Of a stretch of 37,964 bases of DNA, positions 26,892-34,993 are shown one piece after another. Under the pieces are notes generated by a model that searched no databases, had not been told where the DNA came from, and saw only the letters and a list, made by a program, of their open reading frames with translations. Source of the stretch: a virus (lineage: Duplodnaviria; Caudoviricetes); IMG/VR virus record IMGVR_UViG_3300043747_000016, positions 1 through 37,964 of that record. One strand, given 5' to 3'. Positions within the stretch are counted from its first letter, which is position 1; each line of letters starts with the position of its first letter. The translations under genes were made by a program, and so were the position numbers.

Positions 26892-28176
26892 TATCATCAC
26901 CTCCTTCAGTTCCAGCCGATGGTTGATTTTTTTGTCCTGTCGGTGGACTCTCGCCAACAACAGGTTGAGACTGTGGTTTGGCGCCCATATCCGTCATTTG
27001 ATTGGTGTTAGGTGTGTAAATTTGCTTAGTTGTTGGATTAAACAATACATCTGCTAGCCCCAATTTAATGAAATCTAAACCTAAAGGTTCTAAATTCTCT
27101 TTTGTTCTTATCTCGTCAATTTGGAAAATACCATCTTTTACAGCGAGATCATAAGCTTGGAAACGTTTAAGAATGTCGCCTTTTACAAGCTCGTTCGTGT
27201 CAAAGGCAAAATAAAAAGACCCCTTTTCCTTTTCGAGAAGTAGGTCTTTATTCAAAGCTGTTTCAAATGATTTTATAGTCGGCAATATAGCAAGCTTTAC
27301 AAATGCGTCATAAAGTCCATCCATATTGGTGACTTTGCCATCCAAGAGTTCAATAGGAATATTAAGCAGCTTTGCAATATCCTCGTTATTGGTAACTTTG
27401 TTGGAATTTAGTTGCATCTCCACGCTTGAATTGTTTGCTTCTTGAAATTTCAGCCCATCGTTGAGTACGATAACATTTTCGGTGTTGTTAGAATATAAAT
27501 TTTTAAATGCTGTTTTAACTGCTTCAATCGCCTTTTCTGATAATCTATTGGCAGCCTGCAAAAACCCCTTCTTGTTACCGCCTGTACGGACCAACATATC
27601 TTCAAATACTAATGAGTTGTAAGACACGGACAAAAGCTTATTTACTTCTTCAAGGACTCCTGTACCTGTGATTCCATCCCGCGTTTTACGGGTTATCTTG
27701 AGTAATTGGAAATCCTGATAGACATTTCCGTAAATAACAAACTCCATTTTCTTGAAGATTGGGTCAGGATTCACTAAAGCTACACCAACTTGAGGATTTG
27801 ATACAAAGTTAAGGGATTTAACATTATTTCTAAACCTATTGATGTAGATATAACCAGCTCCATAGATGATTGAGTCCTCAACGGCTGCCTTCTTCATTTG
27901 AAACCCGTCTAATAAGTCGCCGGTCGTTGTATTAAGCATCTCAACCCGTGGATCATCGTCAATACATTTGATTTTCTGACCCGTTTTTTGATATAGCTTA
28001 ATCGGTAAGCTGGCAACAGTATTAGAAATAAGATTAACACCAGCATTTAGGGATGGAATAGTCATTGCTTGTTCTTTTGTTATGACACTGTCATCTGTTT
28101 GACCCAATAGAATGTCATTTAAGGTTAAATCGCGCTGTTCAATTGGTTTAGCTTTCTTTCTGCTCCACCATGCCAT
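26854..28176 (-). CDS. HK97-family portal protein
   Basis: VASLPIKLY, IAKLLNIP and EIR..ENL.PL motifs. Confidence 0.95.
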   Translation of the reverse strand: MAWWSRKKAKPIEQRDLTLNDILLGQTDDSVITKEQAMTIPSLNAGVNLISNTVASLPIKLYQKTGQKIKCIDDDPRVEMLNTTTGDLLDGFQMKKAAVEDSIIYGAGYIYINRFRNNVKSLNFVSNPQVGVALVNPDPIFKKMEFVIYGNVYQDFQLLKITRKTRDGITGTGVLEEVNKLLSVSYNSLVFEDMLVRTGGNKKGFLQAANRLSEKAIEAVKTAFKNLYSNNTENVIVLNDGLKFQEANNSSVEMQLNSNKVTNNEDIAKLLNIPIELLDGKVTNMDGLYDAFVKLAILPTIKSFETALNKDLLLEKEKGSFYFAFDTNELVKGDILKRFQAYDLAVKDGIFQIDEIRTKENLEPLGLDFIKLGLADVLFNPTTKQIYTPNTNQMTDMGAKPQSQPVVGESPPTGQKNQPSAGTEGGDDNANRDPGQSGTA

Positions 28177-28194
28177 TCATTCACCCCCTTTCTG

Positions 28195-29871
28195 CTAAAA
28201 CACCATGGCTCCCCAGTCGCTATCAGGATTAAATATGACATCCTGAGCCATTAAATAAACAGCATTTATAAGTGCGACAACCATGTCCACTTTACCAGAA
28301 GATTTTTTCTTATTTACATATAGATTCAAGTTTGTATCTTGAGTTGCTTTTGCGTTTTGGAAATTTATTTCTAAGAGTTTGTTCTCGGAATATTGGAATT
28401 CTTGATTTAATATCTTCTCTTGAAGAAGTTTAGTAGCAGGATGAAGCACACTTGAGTGCTGTTTTACCTCCACAGTTTTGATCATTGTTTCTCTTTCCAA
28501 GCGTTGGGCAGTCGAGAGACAGTTAAAACGGTCAAATGCCAACCCTTGAACGGTAACATTGTATTTTTGTTCGATTCCCATTATAAAATCCTCAATGAAT
28601 CCATAATCCACTGTCATATCTCCACATGCATAACATTTCATGGCTTCTATGAACTCATAATAGTTAATTTTCTCTGTTCTATTTTTTTCTTCAATACGTT
28701 CAGCAGGGATAAACGCAATTGCTTCGGCCAATATTTGACCGTCTTCCTCACTGACCATTCCCACAGCACAGTTGTCTGTAGTCATCGCTAAATCTAATGA
28801 CAACCAAACATTACGGCCAGACCAATCAATAGAATCAACCTTGCATTTTTTTAGGTCATTAATATCTATATATGACTCTGTACCAATGCCTTGAAAAACG
28901 ATATTACAGTGTTTAGTTACAAAGTTTTCCCTTTTGCTTTGCACCTCGATAGCGACTTGTCTTTTACTTTTTAAGTCTTCCATGATTTCAGGCACTTCTA
29001 AAGCTAAAGGATTGGCTTGTTCTAAGACATTATCATCATTCATCCAATCTTTAGTATTATCAGGCTCATATAAAAGAGCGAATACCTTGTCATCTTCCAC
29101 TAATTTAGCTAATACTTTTTTCGCATAGAGGACTTCATCTTCAAATGGATTATCAAATGTAGGATATTTTGTACTGATAACGCAACCTAATTTATTTAAA
29201 ATGGTCAATTGTCCTGACCTCATAGCTTCAATGGCATAAGGGTTTGGCAAAGCACCTGTTTCATCCACAAGGAAAACAGATGGGAGTTTACCATCTAACC
29301 GACTCGTACTGTAATTCAAAGGGATATATTTGTTATCAGTGATTTTGCATTCAATATCGTCCCTACGAATTTTAAATTTCTCTGTAAGAGCAGGAGACAC
29401 GGAAATCGTTTCTTTAATTGCTTCTTTTACTTCCCTACTTAGTGATCCGTCTGGTGCAACGGAATAAAACTTACTAAACTTAGGCTCAAGTAAGAAAAGG
29501 AGTAAGAAAATGATATTTATAAGCCATGTCTTACCGTTTTTTCGGCATATTTCTAGGATTGCAGTCTCATACCGTCTTTTTTCTGTGTTCTCTCTGTGGA
29601 CGGTACATAGTACAGCAATAATAAAAAAGGACTGAAACCCCGCGATAGTGTTGTACACTGAATCGCCTGAGTTTAGTCCTTTAGCCATTTTCATTAATTT
29701 AAGTAAACCGTCAATAAGATTTACTTTATTTTTATCAATCATATATTTTTCATCTTTGCCATCTGCAATATCTAAAAACTGTTGGCATTGCATAATCACA
29801 AATTTTGGCGCGTTTATCTCACTATTAACAACGGATAAAGCATATTCGTAGCTTTTATGGTTTTTAATCAA
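28195..29871 (-). CDS. terL: Terminase large subunit
   Basis: CRKNGKT, LVDE, LDLA...D and KVDMVVA motifs. Confidence 0.95.
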   Translation of the reverse strand: MIKNHKSYEYALSVVNSEINAPKFVIMQCQQFLDIADGKDEKYMIDKNKVNLIDGLLKLMKMAKGLNSGDSVYNTIAGFQSFFIIAVLCTVHRENTEKRRYETAILEICRKNGKTWLINIIFLLLFLLEPKFSKFYSVAPDGSLSREVKEAIKETISVSPALTEKFKIRRDDIECKITDNKYIPLNYSTSRLDGKLPSVFLVDETGALPNPYAIEAMRSGQLTILNKLGCVISTKYPTFDNPFEDEVLYAKKVLAKLVEDDKVFALLYEPDNTKDWMNDDNVLEQANPLALEVPEIMEDLKSKRQVAIEVQSKRENFVTKHCNIVFQGIGTESYIDINDLKKCKVDSIDWSGRNVWLSLDLAMTTDNCAVGMVSEEDGQILAEAIAFIPAERIEEKNRTEKINYYEFIEAMKCYACGDMTVDYGFIEDFIMGIEQKYNVTVQGLAFDRFNCLSTAQRLERETMIKTVEVKQHSSVLHPATKLLQEKILNQEFQYSENKLLEINFQNAKATQDTNLNLYVNKKKSSGKVDMVVALINAVYLMAQDVIFNPDSDWGAMVF

Positions 29872-30329
29872 TCTCTACCACCACTCAGGACCTTTAACAA
29901 TGGATCCTCAGCAGCTTCTTGAGCTTGAATGTTTAGGTTGCCTAGCTTTGCTCTAGCCTGTGGTGAGAGAGATAATTCATTCACTGTACGGAATAGGTCT
30001 TTTGTGTATTTGTCCTTTGATGCCATTAACATTTTATCCCGCAATAACTCAAGATCGTTATTTATCATTGTTTCTATATGCTGCAGGCGATCAATTGCAA
30101 TCACACATGTTTCTAATGCGAAAACATCAAGATTAGATAATATCCCACTCACCCGTAACTCGTCCACAATATATTTAAACAACTCTTTTTGATGGTTATT
30201 TAAGTATTGGGACGGAAGAATATTATTTGCCTTACCTTTTAATTTTTCCTCTTGTTCCAATCTTGATTTAATTTCACCTTTTGTCATTGCACCCGTTTTT
30301 GTGGCTACCGATTTTGTTGGTCTGGCCAT
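29868..30329 (-). CDS. terS: Terminase small subunit (P27 family)
   Basis: MARP start, ELSLSPQARAKL motif. Confidence 0.9.
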   Translation of the reverse strand: MARPTKSVATKTGAMTKGEIKSRLEQEEKLKGKANNILPSQYLNNHQKELFKYIVDELRVSGILSNLDVFALETCVIAIDRLQHIETMINNDLELLRDKMLMASKDKYTKDLFRTVNELSLSPQARAKLGNLNIQAQEAAEDPLLKVLSGGRD

Positions 30330-30389
30330 ATTCTCACCTCCGAATAGTTAAATTTTAGGAGTTAAAAGGTTCATTTCTAAAAAAAATGG

Positions 30390-30460
30390 TACGTTCAAGT
30401 CGATGCGTGGTGTTCAGCCACCCACCAATAATTATTTTGGCACTCCGGGGGGATGCCAGA
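30390..30460. other. Candidate cos region
   Basis: GC-rich patch with a G7 run between HNH and terS, the usual cos location in HK97-like phages. The cut site cannot be read from the sequence. Confidence 0.4.
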
Positions 30461-30585
30461 CAAAATAATTTACATGAAATAGTCTGAATTGTTTCAAATT
30501 ATCACACAATTACGACAACATTCGACAAATCGACACGATTCGACATAAATACGCATGATATATAGTAACCAAGTAATACTTCGCC

Positions 30586-30987
30586 TTATATATTAATTAA
30601 TTTATTAATATCCTCTTGTTCCTTAGCAATAGCATACTGTACATCTCTAGGTATATCACCTGCATCTGCCATGTAGTGATGGTACTTACATAGTGACAGC
30701 AGGTTAGTGTTATCTAGTCCACAAGATGTATCCTCATGTAGTGGTGTTATATGATGTACCTCAATAGTATCGAATGTATATTGCTGCTGTGTATTGTATA
30801 GTTTACGGATACATACTTGGCATAGCCCTTTGTCACGCTGCCTTATCTCTACTGACTTCTTTCTCCAGCGTGTAGTATTACGGAACTTATCTGCATCGGA
30901 TAAATTGTATTTATTTCGTACTGGTTTATTTGGACACTGATAATTCTTGGCATGTATTCTCCCACAATAAGAGCATGACTTCATCAT
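30586..30987 (-). CDS. Terminase-associated HNH endonuclease
   Basis: RDKGLCQVC, VHHI and NLLSLC..HH motifs; upstream of terS. Confidence 0.9.
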   Translation of the reverse strand: MMKSCSYCGRIHAKNYQCPNKPVRNKYNLSDADKFRNTTRWRKKSVEIRQRDKGLCQVCIRKLYNTQQQYTFDTIEVHHITPLHEDTSCGLDNTNLLSLCKYHHYMADAGDIPRDVQYAIAKEQEDINKLINI

Positions 30988-31081
30988 TCATCATCATTCC
31001 TATATTCGTACATATGAAATCCAAAGTATAAAAAGAAAAAGGTGAGTATTCCACCAACGATATAACCGGCAAAGAAGTTAA

Positions 31082-31228
31082 TCATTTACGTCTGATCGCC
31101 CCTTTATGTCTGACATACACAGGCATATTGACACCCATTAATTCTTCTAGTTCCTTTTTACTTAAATGAACCTGTTTTCTTTTAGCATGTTTTTTCGGTG
31201 ACTTATTCTTTTGATGATTTGTTTCCAC
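31082..31228 (-). CDS. Small basic phage protein, 48 aa (...LSKKELEELMGVNMPVYVRHKGAIRRK)
   Basis: Manual ORF with GTG start after GGGGTGA. Confidence 0.65.
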   Translation of the reverse strand: METNHQKNKSPKKHAKRKQVHLSKKELEELMGVNMPVYVRHKGAIRRK

Positions 31229-31489
31229 ATGCAATCACCCCGATAAAATGAATAAGCCACCTTTCCTGCGGCAGATGGCAAGCCGTCCCGATCCACACCT
31301 TAGCATTTGGGATCAATGCAGAAAGGAGGTAGAAAAACGATTGATATGTCATGATACATATTAAATCGTCCAGGTGCAGAATATCGAATATAAAAAAAGT
31401 ACCCTTCAAAATGAAAGGTACTACAACTAGAAATGCGTTTAACAAACTAGAATATGCACGTAAGGTCTTTTCCGAGACCTTTGATAATA

Positions 31490-31550
31490 CTATTATAATA
31501 CGTTCAATTTAAAAAAGTACTGCTGGATTACTGCGTTATTCTGCCAAAAA
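31490..31550 (-). promoter_or_regulatory. Putative late promoter with three GCAG(A/T)A direct repeats
   Basis: GCAGAA/GCAGTA/GCAGTA at about 10-11 bp spacing, then TATAAT; downstream of the ArpU-like gene. Confidence 0.55.
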
Positions 31551-31591
31551 TTAGCCACCTGGTTTAATGCCCATACGATCACCTCCTTTAC

Positions 31592-31615
31592 GACACATTT
31601 TGGTCGTAAGACGTC
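31592..31615 (-). repeat. Dispersed 9-6-9 dyad site D
   Basis: GACGTCTTA CGACCA AAATGTGTC, abutting the stop at 31616. Confidence 0.75.
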
Positions 31616-31915
31616 TTAAATAAGTTCCTCTTTCATATGCATTTTTAAGAACTCTGCCATACCTAAACCGATAATCCCATCCAAACAAGTCCAACCGCTT
31701 GCAACAGTTCCATTTTTATATTTCCTTACTACTACCAATTCTTCGATTTCATTACCGTAAAGCTCATTTAACAAAATTCTAATTAGTTCTTTAACAGTTA
31801 TTTCACCGTTCTTTTTTGCTTTAATGTCCTTTAATTCCTCAACATTTCCAACTAATTCAGAAACAGATACCTTAACTTTTATTTCACTTGGTAATTTAGA
31901 CAAATTACAATTCAC
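31616..31915 (-). CDS. Hypothetical protein (cassette cargo)
   Basis: Track ORF; start may be TTG 31903. Confidence 0.7.
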   Translation of the reverse strand: MNCNLSKLPSEIKVKVSVSELVGNVEELKDIKAKKNGEITVKELIRILLNELYGNEIEELVVVRKYKNGTVASGWTCLDGIIGLGMAEFLKMHMKEELI

Positions 31916-31922
31916 CTCTTGT

Positions 31923-31946
31923 TATGTCTTTTCTTTCAAATATTCA
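31923..31946 (-). repeat. Dispersed 9-6-9 dyad site G
   Basis: TGAATATTT GAAAGA AAAGACATA; the first 3 nt are the ArpU-like stop. Confidence 0.65.
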
Positions 31947-32369
31947 TTCAGCCACAATTCCAAATGCTTCAGCAACAACCGCAATCATTTCTCTTTTCAA
32001 ACGATAATAAGTACGATCAGGAATTTTTAAATCTTTATAAACATCCACATCGAAGCGATCTAACAGATAACGATGTTCCCAAATTTGCTGTTGAATCGGT
32101 CTTAACGATTCATACACTAAATCTAATTTTCTTACCGTCCGTGTATATTCATCTAATTCGATTTCAGTTAAGGCAATCTTTTCGGGTTCGCTATAAAATT
32201 GATTACCTCTTTGGCTTTCGGACCCAGAATAACCTGGCGTTAATTTCGGTTCTAAGTCCATCTTTTTACTTTCGATGATAGCCTCATACATTTTATAACG
32301 GCTCATAAGCTTTTCTGCCTGCCGTTTAACTTCTTTGGTTAATTTTATGTCCAACAGAGTTAATTGCAT
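31944..32369 (-). CDS. ArpU/RinA-family late transcriptional activator
   Basis: RYL...D..VY..L.I..RTYYRLK motif; end of the early region. Confidence 0.85.
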   Translation of the reverse strand: MQLTLLDIKLTKEVKRQAEKLMSRYKMYEAIIESKKMDLEPKLTPGYSGSESQRGNQFYSEPEKIALTEIELDEYTRTVRKLDLVYESLRPIQQQIWEHRYLLDRFDVDVYKDLKIPDRTYYRLKREMIAVVAEAFGIVAE

Positions 32370-32377
32370 TCAATCAC

Positions 32378-32800
32378 CTACTCAACACGATTAATACTAG
32401 CTTGTTGGTCAAATCCATTCGGGTAACGTTTCATCAATTTCACAATGTTCATCGTTGCGATTTCCTCTAATGAAAATCCAGCCGAATTCGATAAATTTGT
32501 TAGGTACCAAAGGCAATCGCCTAACTCTTTTGCCAATTCAAGAGGTTCCATTTCATGACCGTGGAAAACAACTTTCTTTAATAAATCCACAACTTCTCCA
32601 GCTTCGCCATTTAATCCCATGGAATAATTACAATAGGCTTCATTTTTCGTTAAATCTTTGTTGCGTGTGCGTAATGCTAATTCTTGATATTCTGCAAACT
32701 TCACGATGTTACTGCCTCCAAAATCTGTTTCGTTAATCGAATTATTCTTATTCTCATATATTAGTTTCGAGACTTCATATACTTTATTATCAACGTTCAT
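32378..32800 (-). CDS. MazG-like NTP pyrophosphohydrolase
   Basis: GLNGEAGEV...KELGDCLWY...NIVKL..RYP. Confidence 0.9.
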   Translation of the reverse strand: MNVDNKVYEVSKLIYENKNNSINETDFGGSNIVKFAEYQELALRTRNKDLTKNEAYCNYSMGLNGEAGEVVDLLKKVVFHGHEMEPLELAKELGDCLWYLTNLSNSAGFSLEEIATMNIVKLMKRYPNGFDQQASINRVE

Positions 32801-33072
32801 TATTTTTTACTTCCTTTCACTCTGGATCCGTATAATTTATATTTTTGTAATTGATTTTTGACTTCCCACAATTCAACGCCAAACAAATCAGCAATTTGCA
32901 TATCACTAAATCCCATGCCCCAATATTTCACTAATTTTTGAATAAAATGATCTCCCCATCTTTTTAGCTGAAGTTCCCGTGCTGCAGGATATTTATATTC
33001 AATAGGGCATTCTTCAAAAAGACAGATTGTTAACAATTGTTTTTTTGTTGCTTCTTCCCATCTTAAAACCAT
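32800..33072 (-). CDS. Hypothetical protein with C-terminal HTH-like segment
   Basis: GFSDMQIADLFGV. Confidence 0.65.
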   Translation of the reverse strand: MVLRWEEATKKQLLTICLFEECPIEYKYPAARELQLKRWGDHFIQKLVKYWGMGFSDMQIADLFGVELWEVKNQLQKYKLYGSRVKGSKK

Positions 33073-33248
33073 TTATTTTCACCGATCTCTATATCGATTT
33101 CTTTAAAACTTGATAAAACCAATTCATATTTCAATTCATCATAAGTAAGTTCATCGATGCTTGTACCTGTTTGAGAATGAGTAATGCCTTTTTCTTTTAA
33201 TTGCTCCAAAACAAAATTACGTTTCATATTTTGTTGCAAATTAAACAT
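33063..33248 (-). CDS. FbpA-like small protein
   Basis: L..KGI...G.SIDELTYDELK pattern. Confidence 0.55.
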   Translation of the reverse strand: MFNLQQNMKRNFVLEQLKEKGITHSQTGTSIDELTYDELKYELVLSSFKEIDIEIGENKWF

Positions 33249-33272
33249 CGAACATCACACCTTTTGAGAGAA

Positions 33273-33425
33273 TTAGTACGGTAGGTCTCGCATATTTAAC
33301 CGATCTTTCTTTAACTTCTCAATTAATTCTTTCGCTTGCTTTGGATTGATCTGCTGCATTAATTCAGCTAATTGTTTTTTATATTGAATCCGTTCTTTGT
33401 CTTCGATAAATTTTGATTTAGCCAT
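33273..33425 (-). CDS. Small hypothetical protein, 50 aa
   Basis: Manual ORF with RBS GGAGG. Confidence 0.65.
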   Translation of the reverse strand: MAKSKFIEDKERIQYKKQLAELMQQINPKQAKELIEKLKKDRLNMRDLPY

Positions 33426-33487
33426 GTTGTTCCTCCAAGTCAATTAATTTATTAAGATAAAAACTAACTTTCTTTGAATCTTCCATG

Positions 33488-33625
33488 TCACTCCGCCAGC
33501 TCCTTTTGTTTATTAGCCTCTTCCCAGAATAGTGAATCCACTTTCGAAAGAAGATCATGAAGCTCCGGCAATGACAACCCACATTCTTTTATGACTTTTT
33601 CTAATATTTCAACTTTTACGGACAT
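33488..33625 (-). CDS. Small hypothetical protein, 45 aa
   Basis: Manual ORF with RBS AAGGAGG. Confidence 0.65.
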   Translation of the reverse strand: MSVKVEILEKVIKECGLSLPELHDLLSKVDSLFWEEANKQKELAE

Positions 33626-33637
33626 GAATTTTCCTCC

Positions 33638-33661
33638 TTCATAATTTGGTCGAAAGACGTA
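33638..33661 (-). repeat. Dispersed 9-6-9 dyad site E
   Basis: TACGTCTTT CGACCA AATTATGAA, abutting the stop at 33662. Confidence 0.7.
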
Positions 33662-33832
33662 TTAGTCTTCTAGTTCTCTCATACGATTTCTGACCCAATC
33701 TAATTGACCTCCGACAACCATTCCCTTTAATTGCATTCTGTAGGCTTCGAATAGTTCATCTTTCAATTCTTCAATTTCCTTTTCTAATTGATTAATCCTA
33801 TCTTCGTTTGTTTCTTCTGGCATATAAATCAT
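33662..33832 (-). CDS. Small acidic coiled-coil protein, 56 aa (cassette cargo)
   Basis: Manual ORF MIYMPEETNEDRINQLEKEIEELK...; RBS AGGAG. Confidence 0.7.
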   Translation of the reverse strand: MIYMPEETNEDRINQLEKEIEELKDELFEAYRMQLKGMVVGGQLDWVRNRMRELED

Positions 33833-33847
33833 TGTCTTCACTCCTAC

Positions 33848-33871
33848 GACATCTTTTCTTTCAATTGTTCA
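33848..33871 (-). repeat. Dispersed 9-6-9 dyad site F
   Basis: TGAACAATT GAAAGA AAAGATGTC; the first 3 nt are the upstream stop. Confidence 0.65.
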
Positions 33872-33979
33872 CGTTCTCTTAAACTGATTTTCATGCTGTA
33901 GAATGTATCTTTGTCCGTTGTATTCAATCACAGTTGCTACACCATTTTTGGTTTTGATCACTTTGACGTTATTATTCAT
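33869..33979 (-). CDS. Small hypothetical protein, 36 aa
   Basis: Manual ORF MNNNVKVIKTKNGVATVIEYNGQRYIL... Confidence 0.6.
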   Translation of the reverse strand: MNNNVKVIKTKNGVATVIEYNGQRYILQHENQFKRT

Positions 33980-34127
33980 ACAAATCCACATCAACTTTAT
34001 TAGCAATCAATTCGATAAACTCAACCAATTTTTCAATCTGTTCAGGTAATGGCATATCCCATTTAACGCGATTTACATCCACACCTAAAATGCGACTGAC
34101 TTTAAAGGCTAAAATGTTTTCATCCAT
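33972..34127 (-). CDS. Small hypothetical protein, 51 aa
   Basis: Manual ORF with RBS AGGGGTG. Confidence 0.6.
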   Translation of the reverse strand: MDENILAFKVSRILGVDVNRVKWDMPLPEQIEKLVEFIELIANKVDVDLYE

Positions 34128-34141
34128 TCTTTTAACACCCC

Positions 34142-34780
34142 TTAAAATGGTTCTCTAAGCGTGATTAATTCCGAATAAGGCAATTCATAAATCCACTTAC
34201 AAAAATCATGCCATTCGCTTAATCTGTGGTTCTTACGGCTATGATAAATATTCTTTAAGACTTGATAGTTTGCCGTTACCGCTCTACGATAGTTAAAACC
34301 CACAGCGGTTAAGAAAACCATTTGCCGCCATTCTCGAGAAGGTTTTTTCTTACCTGAATTTACCCAACGTTTCTGGGCTACGTTTAATAAGTCGATATAG
34401 GCATCCAAAATATCATCATCTAAATCTTCAAAACTGAAAGCGGAGGCAGGAATATAATCTTTTCCTAACGTGTGCATCATGCTTGTACTATTCGCCACGG
34501 TCCCCACTTTGTAGGTATCAAATTCTGACCACCATTTCTCAGGTGCGATAATATCCACTGATATAAGAATCTGTCTTAAATACTTACCGTGATCAGAGCC
34601 AGCTTTCGAAAGTTTCATAGCAAGTTTGTGGTCTTCATAGCCTACTTTGAATTCAACTTCTTCATAAGCATCATCCAATGACCATTTACTATCCGATTTA
34701 TCCCAAGACTCCCAACTATTCCGCATTCCACGAATAGCACCATCTAAGTTAAAAACTTCAGTATTTTCAAATTTAATCAT
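34142..34780 (-). CDS. Divergent ThyX/Thy1-like protein
   Basis: H..YLRQ, WWSEFDTY..G...NSTS.MH, NY..L.NIY..R..H...EW layout; canonical RHR motif absent. Confidence 0.6.
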   Translation of the reverse strand: MIKFENTEVFNLDGAIRGMRNSWESWDKSDSKWSLDDAYEEVEFKVGYEDHKLAMKLSKAGSDHGKYLRQILISVDIIAPEKWWSEFDTYKVGTVANSTSMMHTLGKDYIPASAFSFEDLDDDILDAYIDLLNVAQKRWVNSGKKKPSREWRQMVFLTAVGFNYRRAVTANYQVLKNIYHSRKNHRLSEWHDFCKWIYELPYSELITLREPF

Positions 34781-34980
34781 CCGTTTTTTATCGTTCCTCT
34801 CTTACCATTTTTATAATGCGGTTTCCTGTCCTTAGCAGCTTCATCTTTGAGTTTTTTAATCACTCTGCGTAAATGGCGAATGGTTTTATCTTTGTTGATG
34901 TTAGCCCTGCGTAATTGTTTATTTTGCAATGTGGCATTATCCAATTTATCCTTTAACGCGGTGTAATCGATATGGTCCAT
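34777..34980 (-). CDS. Hypothetical basic protein
   Basis: Track ORF; ends HYKNGKRGTIKNG. Confidence 0.7.
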   Translation of the reverse strand: MDHIDYTALKDKLDNATLQNKQLRRANINKDKTIRHLRRVIKKLKDEAAKDRKPHYKNGKRGTIKNG

Positions 34981-34993
34981 AGGATCAACTCCC

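Noticed and set aside
26892-26960. N-terminal extension of the prohead protease
   Set aside because: A strong RBS places the start at 26891.
31203-31445. 80-aa minus-strand ORF
   Set aside because: No RBS; it runs across hairpin-rich leader DNA, and a better ORF exists at 31082..31228.
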